A stretch of DNA of 64,000 nt from a virus. Lineage: Duplodnaviria; Heunggongvirae; Uroviricota; Caudoviricetes. Made by a program: the position numbers and the translations under genes. Shown piece after piece: positions 1 to 8,578 of the stretch. Within the stretch, counting starts at the first letter, position 1. The number at the start of each line of letters is the position of its first letter. The stretch covers positions 111,223-175,222 of IMG/VR virus record IMGVR_UViG_3300000976_000008. One strand, written 5' to 3'. Under the pieces are notes generated by a model. It did no database searches and was not told the DNA's origin. It was given only the letters and a program-made list of their open reading frames with translations.

Positions 1-188
1 GTTCTCGAATAATCGATACCTTTTGTTTTCTTCCTATTAGATTTTTGTAGAAACTTTTCAGCATCCTCAAGCTGATAATCGTTATCATCAATCTCAAAAG
101 TGTAATCATCAACCCGTGTTACAGAAACACCATTGATAGTGCCAGAACCTTCTGTAATCGATTCTAGTTGTTCTCTAATCGATGTCAT
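1..188 (-). CDS. Hypothetical protein, truncated by the window edge (MTSIREQLESITEGSG...)
   Basis: ATG at 188 overlaps the TGA of the upstream gene (TGATG); frame stays open to position 1. Confidence 0.6.
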   Translation of the reverse strand, partial: MTSIREQLESITEGSGTINGVSVTRVDDYTFEIDDNDYQLEDAEKFLQKSNRKKTKGIDYSR

Positions 189-628
189 CACTCATCCATG
201 CTAGTACCAGAGTCATAATTTTCCTGCGACTCTAGAGCTTCCTCAGCCAATTCAACAGCACGAGCCATCTCTTCTTCAGAACCATTAGCAACAGTTATTT
301 TGGGATAATAGCTGAACCAACGCAACAGTTCTGAGATCTCAAATATGTCCGATTTCGCCTTCTCAGTTAGAAAAGTGTGGACATATTCGCTATTTATTAC
401 TAATACTGTCTCGCCGATCCGAAATTGTGGTAAAACGCTACTTAAGGCAATACGAGAAGCCATGACATCAGCCATATTAGCAGAATATCCACCCAAAGCC
501 CACCCGAATTCTCGCGTCTGTTCTCTCCCATGTTCATCGATAAAGAGCAAAACAACACCGCACCCGGACACCTGAGTGATTTCTCCATCATCTCGACAAG
601 CACCAGCAGCAATCAATTTCACTTTCAT
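188..628 (-). CDS. RNase H-like fold protein with degenerate catalytic residues
   Basis: KLIAAGAC..SGCGVVL..SANMAD..INSEYV aligns with RNase HI YTDGSC..GGWGxLL..TNNRME..TDSQYV; start moved to 628 (ATGA overlap with upstream stop). Confidence 0.6.
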   Translation of the reverse strand: MKVKLIAAGACRDDGEITQVSGCGVVLLFIDEHGREQTREFGWALGGYSANMADVMASRIALSSVLPQFRIGETVLVINSEYVHTFLTEKAKSDIFEISELLRWFSYYPKITVANGSEEEMARAVELAEEALESQENYDSGTSMDE

Positions 629-1107
629 AGTGTATCGCCGCAAGCATTATTGATAGTGGGATATTTTGAACCAGTTGTAGCCGAAAGAGCGTGTAAAGCT
701 TCAGCAACTACTTTCAAAACAGAATTCTTGGCAGATACCTTATCAGGAAGCCCACGAGAATTACCAAGCATGACCCAGATATTGTTTCCTTTCTTAACAA
801 CATCTTCTGGCAGCGAACCTCCTTGATTTTGAGCTTTGACATTCCTTTCATCAATAGAACGTTGAACAAACAACGCAATCGATTCAATTATTGTATAAGC
901 CAAGCTTTTAATTTGATTATCAACTTCGTCAAAATTTTGGTCGGGATCACCCGGAAGAAGATCAACAATAGAGGTAAGGAGAACAGCCAATTGTTGAGTT
1001 GGACCACCCATTATCAGCATATGGAGATGTACAGAATGTTTTAATTCATCTCTAGCTGTCGGATTCTTCTTATAAACAATAGAGCCTTGATTCATTTGGT
1101 CAACCAT
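625..1107 (-). CDS. Hypothetical protein
   Basis: 160-aa ORF in a co-oriented run, ATGA-coupled to the next gene. Confidence 0.7.
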   Translation of the reverse strand: MVDQMNQGSIVYKKNPTARDELKHSVHLHMLIMGGPTQQLAVLLTSIVDLLPGDPDQNFDEVDNQIKSLAYTIIESIALFVQRSIDERNVKAQNQGGSLPEDVVKKGNNIWVMLGNSRGLPDKVSAKNSVLKVVAEALHALSATTGSKYPTINNACGDTL

Positions 1108-1159
1108 TTCAAAGGAACATTATCCGAAAAACCGGTCACAGCTTTACACTCACCATCAA

Positions 1160-2578
1160 TTAATTTATCGGAGAAGGCATCTTAACATTCAACATATAAC
1201 CGCCGCGACTTGGAGAAAGAAACCTATCAAAAGAAAGCCCCCAAACCATTGGATCAAGCACATGTATATCTAGCAAGAAGCAGACCAGAGACCCACCAGC
1301 ACTCCCACGAGGGCTAAAAGGCCACCCTCTTTTCTTACCAAAACTCACCAGATCTCTAGTAATAAGGAAATAGCTGGCAAAACCTTTTTCAATGAATCTA
1401 TTCAATTCGATCTTCGCTTGTTGCAAATAGGTCACTTCACGACCATCGATTATAAACTTATCGTCTCGTTTATCCAAACCTCTCTTCTTCAGAGATAGAG
1501 CAACCAGTTTTCTAAGTTCATTGTCTTCGTCCTTGATTTCTGGAATCTTTGGGGATGTGTCAACATCAAAAGCTGTACAACGATCTGCTACCATCAAGGT
1601 ATTGTCACACATCGTCTCAAAGACACCATCATCCATTCCCTTCGAGTATCCATTATTCTTAAACTGAGACCACAATTCAGCTCGTGTTTTCATGAACTGT
1701 TCGTCACTGTTGACATGAAACAAGTCGGGTGAATCAATAGTAGTATCTTGAGCAACAGCCATCATGATTTTTTGAAGCATGAAGTCCTTGCGTCTAAGGT
1801 AGTGACAATCATTCGCTAAAACTGTTGGTATCTTATAATGATCAGCCATACCAATTAAAGAACGAAATACTATATCGTCATCTGGAATACCAGGCATTTG
1901 TAATTCGATATAGTAATCTTCACCGAAAGCTTTCTTGAACTTCTTAACCCACTTGGAAGCATCTTTGGCTCTATCAGACAAAGTCCTCTCACTCAGAACA
2001 TTGCCTTCTTTATCTGTCAATTGCTTGTATCTAAGTTCATGGGCGACAGGCCCATTCAAGCATCCAGAGAGAACGATCAATCCTTCTTTATATTCACATA
2101 ATTTATCGAACCAGATTCTATTCATCTGCATTCTACCCATACCAAACAATCCAGTCTCGTAAGCTTGAGTAGTCAACTTTATCAGATTATGAAATCCAGT
2201 TTTATTCTTACAAAGAACAGTGAGATGTCGATTCCTAAACAATCTCGCAGCAAGCTCTGGATTCTGTGCTCGCCAATCTTGGGAACGAATTTTAGTCCCT
2301 TGAGCAACCATCTTTCTTCGAAGCGGTTCATAATCATTAAAGTAGATCTCACATCCAGGAATATACTTAACACCTACTTTCTTAAAGGCTAAGTACATAT
2401 CCGGCACCGAAGCCATATGGCCATGTTCGGTCGCACTCATGGCAGGATAACCACGTTCAGAGCATTGTTGGGCATATTGCTCTGGAGTCGCTACACCATC
2501 CAACGCGGAAAACACAGTATGGTTGTGTAAGTGGACAAACTCAGTCGGTCCGCTATACTCTTCCGGTTCGAATGGCAT
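1160..2578 (-). CDS. dnaE: DNA polymerase III alpha (family C), N-terminal part only: PHP domain up to RGSAGGS
   Basis: FVHLHNHTVFSALDG, TEHGHM, IPGCEIY, GLIVLSGCLNG, ANDCHY, RGSAGGSLVCFLLDI..RFLSPSR; ends at TAA before the PDIDxD motif. Confidence 0.92.
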   Translation of the reverse strand: MPFEPEEYSGPTEFVHLHNHTVFSALDGVATPEQYAQQCSERGYPAMSATEHGHMASVPDMYLAFKKVGVKYIPGCEIYFNDYEPLRRKMVAQGTKIRSQDWRAQNPELAARLFRNRHLTVLCKNKTGFHNLIKLTTQAYETGLFGMGRMQMNRIWFDKLCEYKEGLIVLSGCLNGPVAHELRYKQLTDKEGNVLSERTLSDRAKDASKWVKKFKKAFGEDYYIELQMPGIPDDDIVFRSLIGMADHYKIPTVLANDCHYLRRKDFMLQKIMMAVAQDTTIDSPDLFHVNSDEQFMKTRAELWSQFKNNGYSKGMDDGVFETMCDNTLMVADRCTAFDVDTSPKIPEIKDEDNELRKLVALSLKKRGLDKRDDKFIIDGREVTYLQQAKIELNRFIEKGFASYFLITRDLVSFGKKRGWPFSPRGSAGGSLVCFLLDIHVLDPMVWGLSFDRFLSPSRGGYMLNVKMPSPIN

Positions 2579-3236
2579 CTACATTCTCCATAATTTCTTG
2601 TGGAATATTCAAAAACAACGGTATGTCTTTGCGTATGTTTTTAGCCATGACTCGATCGCAAAGATCATCATCAAAATCTGTTGTATCTGGAAATTCCGGA
2701 TCTCGAACTGTCTTACCTAAACGTAGAATTAGTTTTTCGAACACAGCGGTAGCATTGAGGTCTCTCAAAAAACAAAACCGCCACAACCTTCGTAACTGAT
2801 TATACAATTCCTCGTCACCGATCGAATCACGTATCGCATCAAAATTGCTTCGAAGCTGATCAGATTTTTCAGCTATCTCAGAAGGATCTAAAGACTCAAT
2901 CCAAAAAATCTTTCGATACTCACCAACCAATTTAGTCTGAAAAATCTCACTAGCAGTTGTTCTACAAATACGATCACCAATTCTTATTAAATCTCTCGCG
3001 TCATATGAGCATCGCAAACCGGAAGCAAATGCTTCAGCCATATCACAGACTGTACGATAAGAATATCGATGTCCTGTTTTTGATTGCAACCAAGAATCAA
3101 CGTTAGCAAAGTTCTGTTTGATAAGTCTAGAATCATACACAGAAGGATAACCGGAAGTCTTAAGATACCAAACTTCATTAGTTATCTCAAAAGCAATCAC
3201 ATCATTGTCAACAAAGCGAATTGATATGTTCATCAT
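2553..3236 (-). CDS. Hypothetical protein
   Basis: 227-aa ORF abutting dnaE; no motif recognised. Confidence 0.7.
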   Translation of the reverse strand: MMNISIRFVDNDVIAFEITNEVWYLKTSGYPSVYDSRLIKQNFANVDSWLQSKTGHRYSYRTVCDMAEAFASGLRCSYDARDLIRIGDRICRTTASEIFQTKLVGEYRKIFWIESLDPSEIAEKSDQLRSNFDAIRDSIGDEELYNQLRRLWRFCFLRDLNATAVFEKLILRLGKTVRDPEFPDTTDFDDDLCDRVMAKNIRKDIPLFLNIPQEIMENVDAIRTGRV

Positions 3237-4182
3237 AAGTAAACAGTCTATTTCAGTAATTGTGACAAATCACAATTACAACGAATTTTTATCAACCTGT
3301 TTAAAAAGTATCAAAAATCAAATTCTGAGACCAAAAGAAGTAATCGTAGTCGACGATGGTTCTGAAGAAAGTTGCGAAGAAATCGTCAAACAATTTGGTT
3401 TCACTTACGTCCGAACAGAATATCAAAATCCACTGAAAGCAAGAGAAGACGGATATAGAAGAACCACATCAGATTTTGTTTGCTTTGTAGATGCAGATGA
3501 TAAGATTCCAGAAGGATATCTCAAAGTAGCCGCATCAGCAATCGTAAATGAATATGATATAATAATATCGGACACAGTGGAATTCGGAGATTCAAACAAG
3601 ACCACATCGCTCTCATCAGAAATCCAACCCAAAAGATTGTGGCAAGTCAATTTCATGCACGTTGGCTGCCTAGTATCTAGAGTAGCAATAGAATTAAGCG
3701 ATGCATTTGAAGGACATCCAGATACAGCAGATTATCATGAAGATTGGTTCTTCTGGCGAAAGATAGTTGGATATGGGTTCAAATTCGCCAAGCAGGAAGC
3801 AAAGTACCATGTAAGGAAGCACGGTAGAAACAGATCAACCAAAATAGAAAAATCAGGATATCTATCCTCAAGAGCTGTCCATAGCTCAACAATATTTGAA
3901 ATAGCTCATGGCAACATTTCCGAAAAGAAAACCCTACAACTACTAAATGTTGCCGCACGAAAAGACAACTCAGATTATGTGTACATTGGTGCCAAGCAAG
4001 GTACTGAGAAAATCCCCCAACTCATGTCTGAATTAGGTCCGAATGTAGGAATGGTACAACACTCAAATTACAAGCAATTCGGATGTACGCTGTTAGTAGG
4101 CCCAGTTCTTAGAAGTTACATCTTCAAATCGCTAAAAGAACTACCGCTAGACCCAAAACTCGAAAGAATCGTCAAGATATGA
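3205..4182 (+). CDS. GT2 family glycosyltransferase
   Basis: SVIVTNHNYNEFL..VIVVDDGS..VCFVDADD (DxD); start may be 3226. Confidence 0.9.
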   Translation: MSTKRIDMFIISKQSISVIVTNHNYNEFLSTCLKSIKNQILRPKEVIVVDDGSEESCEEIVKQFGFTYVRTEYQNPLKAREDGYRRTTSDFVCFVDADDKIPEGYLKVAASAIVNEYDIIISDTVEFGDSNKTTSLSSEIQPKRLWQVNFMHVGCLVSRVAIELSDAFEGHPDTADYHEDWFFWRKIVGYGFKFAKQEAKYHVRKHGRNRSTKIEKSGYLSSRAVHSSTIFEIAHGNISEKKTLQLLNVAARKDNSDYVYIGAKQGTEKIPQLMSELGPNVGMVQHSNYKQFGCTLLVGPVLRSYIFKSLKELPLDPKLERIVKI

Positions 4183-5099
4183 ATCATTTTGCAACTATAA
4201 TCACGCAAAATCACTTCGATAAAGCACTGGCACTTCATGCCTCTCTAGAAGCATTCGAAGATGCCACACTACATGTACTAGTAGTAGACGCCTCGATAGA
4301 CACCCAAAAAATGGCCACACCCAATGTAATAATCTATCATCAAGAATGCTTAATGGGTGACATGGTCAACCAAATCATCATCACCAAATATCGCGGATTC
4401 GAAAATGACAGTCAAGTAAAGCTACCAAAAGATGGTATAATTAATTATTATGATTATCTAAGATGGGCACTCAAAGCATCATTCGTGCAAGAATTAAGTA
4501 AAACTCACGAAAAAGTCTTCTATTGCGACTGTGATCTCTATTTCTACAACGACTACACATTCATGGTCGAAGAAATGAATAACCATAATATAATGATCTC
4601 ACCGCACTGGAGAGAAATCACACCAGTAGCCAATACAGACTTCAGATATAATTACCTCCACGGATTATATAATGGAGGATTCTTCGCCGTGAATAAAGCC
4701 GACGCATTTCTCGATTGGTGGAAAGGTATGTGTGCAATAGAATGCACAGCAGAAAGCAAAAACGGAACCTATGTCGACCAGAAATACCTAGATGTAGTCC
4801 CTCTCTACTTCGAAGGAGTCAAGATCCTAAGACATAAAGGATGCAATGTCGCGGGATGGAATATTAATCACTTGAAAAGAACAGCAGAAGGAGAAAAGAC
4901 CAAAGTAGCAGGCCAAGAAATCATCTTCATCCATTATTCACCAGTGACAATTAACAAAATTGAAGACGGTCAAGACTACTTATTAAGAACGCACTTAGAT
5001 GAATATAAAAAGAAATTGCGAACCATCCAGGTAGATCTAGCAAGAAGAGGCTTGAAAATGTGTATGTCAGATAAAGAAATTGAAACTAGCTTAGTATGA
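4179..5099 (+). CDS. GT-A fold glycosyltransferase (GT8-like)
   Basis: FYCDCDLYFY (DxD), GLYNGGFFAV, DQKYLD, GCNVAGWNI. Confidence 0.75.
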   Translation: MNHFATIITQNHFDKALALHASLEAFEDATLHVLVVDASIDTQKMATPNVIIYHQECLMGDMVNQIIITKYRGFENDSQVKLPKDGIINYYDYLRWALKASFVQELSKTHEKVFYCDCDLYFYNDYTFMVEEMNNHNIMISPHWREITPVANTDFRYNYLHGLYNGGFFAVNKADAFLDWWKGMCAIECTAESKNGTYVDQKYLDVVPLYFEGVKILRHKGCNVAGWNINHLKRTAEGEKTKVAGQEIIFIHYSPVTINKIEDGQDYLLRTHLDEYKKKLRTIQVDLARRGLKMCMSDKEIETSLV

Positions 5100-6163
5100 A
5101 AATCTTTTACGATGGCTCTTCAGCTCAATTCTATAATAGGCAAACTATGTCGATACTTCGAGTATCGGATGCCTTCGAACCAAACGACATCACTTTCACC
5201 GGATGGGGGAAATCTTGGGCAGAACCAGATCTTATATGGGTCACCCAAGATAAACTGACAGATGAATTATTAGAAAGCGGCAAACCAATAATCATAGAAG
5301 ATTATAATAGTAGTCCAGACATTTATGAAAATGTCAGAAAAATCATGGACGAAAACACACAAGTAAGAGCCATAGTAAAATCAATGGCACTACGACGACG
5401 AACGGAATATAATCTAGAACAAACAAATTACTCAGCACATTGTCATCGGCTCATACATTCAGATAAAGACCTAGATCCTGAAGATTTTGGAACAGGACTC
5501 TCCGGACGTTACCTCAAGCATCATCAAAGAGAAAATGTCAGAGTGATGTGGAATTGGATTGCTTGGCCATTATTCAGACCAGCCCGTGGACCAGCAATTT
5601 CCTATTCAGCATTCCAATTCGATAAAACCGAATTCGAAAATAACAGGCAGTACGATGTTAATTTTATAGGAAACACATCGTTCGATTTAGGAACTGTGCC
5701 GCACGCAGGAAACAAGTACAGCCATTCTTGCATCGTCTTAAATAAACACAGGAAAAATGCTATAAAACAATTAGAAAGACTTAAATGCCCAAAATTAATC
5801 CAATATAGAAAAAGGATGCCAAGATTAGACTACTTGAAAAAGATGCAAGAATCCAAGATTGTTGTTTCCCCCTGGGGATGGGAACCAATGACATATAGAG
5901 ACTTGGAGGCAGTATTATGTGGTTGTGTGTTAGTCAAACCATATTCTCATTTTGTAGAAACATGGCCAGAACCATATTATGTGCCATGTAAAGAAGATTT
6001 TTCAAATTTGTCCGAAGTAACCCGCGAAATCTTAGAAAACTGGGATGATTACACAGAACGTCGAGTACGTGCATACAACGAACTAAAAGAAATAGATGAC
6101 CAAGCACTAGCAGGAAGATTCTCGACAATCGCAAAGGATTGTCTTTTCAAAGACGTAATTTAA
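5096..6163 (+). CDS. GT-B fold glycosyltransferase-like protein
   Basis: C-terminal YLKKMQESKIVVSPWGW..YRDLEAVLCGCVLVKP, typical of Glyco_trans_1_2/exostosin-like domains. Confidence 0.7.
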   Translation: MKIFYDGSSAQFYNRQTMSILRVSDAFEPNDITFTGWGKSWAEPDLIWVTQDKLTDELLESGKPIIIEDYNSSPDIYENVRKIMDENTQVRAIVKSMALRRRTEYNLEQTNYSAHCHRLIHSDKDLDPEDFGTGLSGRYLKHHQRENVRVMWNWIAWPLFRPARGPAISYSAFQFDKTEFENNRQYDVNFIGNTSFDLGTVPHAGNKYSHSCIVLNKHRKNAIKQLERLKCPKLIQYRKRMPRLDYLKKMQESKIVVSPWGWEPMTYRDLEAVLCGCVLVKPYSHFVETWPEPYYVPCKEDFSNLSEVTREILENWDDYTERRVRAYNELKEIDDQALAGRFSTIAKDCLFKDVI

Positions 6164-7355
6164 GGTCTTCGACCAGCTCTGGTACAACATCGCCAATAGA
6201 TGTACCTCGATTTTCATCAGTCAATTCAATATATCTGCGAAGCTTGTCACGCATCGCCTCATCATGTTGTGGCAACTTCAGATTCTTAATAACGTGACCA
6301 TATACTTTGGTTCGTTGCTTCTCGAACCCATCAATAAGACGTTGCCGCGTCTCAGGCATTAAACATTGCAGAGAGAGATAGGGAGGATCGATTACAAACA
6401 ATCTGTAATCGGAATTCAAATATCTTTTCCTCTTCTCAATCAATAATTGCCACCATTTAGTTATATCATGTAATGAGAAGATATTATATGCCATAACAGA
6501 TGTTAATAAAGAAAAACGAACATTTGGCATGATGCCAAATCTGCCAACAAATCTCTCAATCTGTTCAATACTACAATCTTGACCATATCGAATATATTCT
6601 TGGACGGCACCAATACCATCTACACTTATATCAAAGTGTACAGCTTTAGCCCTACCCAACAAATCATAAATCTCGTCGGCGTACGCTTTATCTGGCAATG
6701 TACCATTACTAACAATGTTGACAGTGATTCTCTTTAGAACGCCAGATTTGTGCAATTCTGAAAGGAGAACAGGGATGTCCGAATTCAACATCGGTTCCCC
6801 GCCTTTGATCATTATTTGTTCCAACTTGCTAAGATCCATCTTAGTCGCAACATCTTCTGTGATCAATGAACTAGGGGAGTGAACTTTGTGAGTTCTAAAT
6901 CTCTCATCGTCATCAGGACCTCTACGATCCTCGAAGCCGGACCGTAACAAAAATTGTTCTTGGCCAATCCAGCTAGAACTAAAACCAGCAGAGCAATGTA
7001 AACAAGCAAGATTACAAAGATTAGAGCTACTAAACTCAATATAAGTAATATCACGCCAATTATCGCTATAGAAAACACCACCGGGAACAAACTGCTGCCT
7101 AACACTCCAACCAGTATTTTCTTCACGATTCTTACAAGAGATGCACCCATCAGGCCATTGTCCCATCATCATTTGACGACGCAATTTAGACCACTCAGAT
7201 CCGTGAACAATATCTCGGATGCTAGAATTTTTCAAATTACCAAAATAGTCGCCTTCCCATACACAGCACGGTCTAACTCCCTTATTAGTATCCACCAAAA
7301 AACTGGTGAAAGGAGCTGTGCAAAGAGGCTCAGAATTTTTGTCGTCAATTATCAT
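6147..7355 (-). CDS. Radical SAM protein with N-terminal SPASM/Twitch domain
   Basis: CNLACLHC (CxxxCxxC), GGEP, N-terminal CTAPF..VRPCC..CISC. Confidence 0.9.
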   Translation of the reverse strand: MIIDDKNSEPLCTAPFTSFLVDTNKGVRPCCVWEGDYFGNLKNSSIRDIVHGSEWSKLRRQMMMGQWPDGCISCKNREENTGWSVRQQFVPGGVFYSDNWRDITYIEFSSSNLCNLACLHCSAGFSSSWIGQEQFLLRSGFEDRRGPDDDERFRTHKVHSPSSLITEDVATKMDLSKLEQIMIKGGEPMLNSDIPVLLSELHKSGVLKRITVNIVSNGTLPDKAYADEIYDLLGRAKAVHFDISVDGIGAVQEYIRYGQDCSIEQIERFVGRFGIMPNVRFSLLTSVMAYNIFSLHDITKWWQLLIEKRKRYLNSDYRLFVIDPPYLSLQCLMPETRQRLIDGFEKQRTKVYGHVIKNLKLPQHDEAMRDKLRRYIELTDENRGTSIGDVVPELVEDLKLRL

Positions 7356-8059
7356 CGTAACGTATCATTCAATTTGTATGCAGATGAATCAAAAACATGA
7401 TCCGTCACATTCTCACAAAGATGACAGGTCAATAAGCCTTCATTATAACAGATCTTAGCAAATTCATATTCATGACTCTTACCAACAACAGCATCTGGGT
7501 ATCCAAATCGCGAAAAAACATCCAAAACAGGTGCCGATTTGTGTACGCAAGGAGAAAGCCTAAAAGAAGGAGCTAAGAAATCACTCCTATAATAAGGCAC
7601 GTCATACCTTATACCAGATTTGGTTCTACACGAACTTTTGCAAATATCAAGTTTCTTGGCTTCGATCTGTTTCGATTCATCCCGCCAACTACAACCTCCG
7701 TGAAATTTATATAGGGAAACAGAAGTCAAAACAGGAAGATCATCAAAAATCTCAAGTGACCTAGTCAAGTGGTCACCTTCTATTACGAATGGGCGATCAT
7801 CTTCAATATGGACCCAATATTTCTCTTTAACTAATGAGAAAATATCTTTCACAGATTTATCATGGCCAGGTTCGTCTCGCCAAACATATTTGCAATCTGG
7901 AAAACTAGATTCCATCTTGCTGCGATCACTATCAGAAGAGCAATCGTCTACAATCACATATTCAGAAATTAAATGAGAATCAGTAAGAAGAACTAAAGAT
8001 GACATGGTCCGTAGGAAACAATCAAGCCTCCTACACGTTGTCATTGTGAATGTGAACAA
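7352..8059 (-). CDS. GT2-like glycosyltransferase
   Basis: FTMTTCRR..YVIVDDCS..WVHIEDD. Confidence 0.7.
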   Translation of the reverse strand: MFTFTMTTCRRLDCFLRTMSSLVLLTDSHLISEYVIVDDCSSDSDRSKMESSFPDCKYVWRDEPGHDKSVKDIFSLVKEKYWVHIEDDRPFVIEGDHLTRSLEIFDDLPVLTSVSLYKFHGGCSWRDESKQIEAKKLDICKSSCRTKSGIRYDVPYYRSDFLAPSFRLSPCVHKSAPVLDVFSRFGYPDAVVGKSHEYEFAKICYNEGLLTCHLCENVTDHVFDSSAYKLNDTLR

Positions 8060-8069
8060 ACTATACAGC

Positions 8070-8309
8070 TCAAAGCTTTAGAAATTTTCTTTTCAACAAT
8101 TTTGGCAAGCTTACCAAAAGATGGATTGCAGGTTGAACATAAAGCAAAAAACTCTCAATCGCCGATTCTGGTTCAGTTGAAGGCTCATCAACTTCAAAAT
8201 ATGTAAGAAGCTCATCTGGCATTTCTCGTTTTTCAGGGGGTGGAGCAGAAAAAGAGGCTACCGTTTCAGTTCCAACATTTCTCAGCCGAATCTTTTCTGA
8301 ATCGTTCAT
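8070..8309 (-). CDS. Hypothetical protein
   Basis: 79-aa ORF in a tightly packed minus-strand run. Confidence 0.55.
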   Translation of the reverse strand: MNDSEKIRLRNVGTETVASFSAPPPEKREMPDELLTYFEVDEPSTEPESAIESFLLYVQPAIHLLVSLPKLLKRKFLKL

Positions 8310-8569
8310 AATTCACTCTTATGCCTTAACACAGTTCTCTTACGAGATTGTGTAAATTCTTCCTCGGTCTCAACAAAATCGGCTTTAAGACGAGCATTTT
8401 CACTCTTAATCTCAGCCACAATAGCACGACGAAGAGGATCTGACGCATTGTTCAAACAAGAAGGATACAAATCAGAAAGTTTTAACCACCATTCGCCAAG
8501 TTCATCATTAAGAATCTCCCCGGCTTCCCCCAATTCAGAGGCCATAGTTCTGATTTCAGGTGAGTACAT
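8306..8569 (-). CDS. Hypothetical protein
   Basis: 87-aa ORF, ATGA-type overlap with the next gene. Confidence 0.6.
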   Translation of the reverse strand: MYSPEIRTMASELGEAGEILNDELGEWWLKLSDLYPSCLNNASDPLRRAIVAEIKSENARLKADFVETEEEFTQSRKRTVLRHKSEL

Positions 8570-8578
8570 TCTACCCTC

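Noticed and set aside
1160-1230. Intein, programmed frameshift or stop-codon recoding explaining the short dnaE
   Set aside because: The stop is TAA, the other frames close at once without PDxD, there is no intein motif, and full-length genes elsewhere end normally in TAG and TGA.
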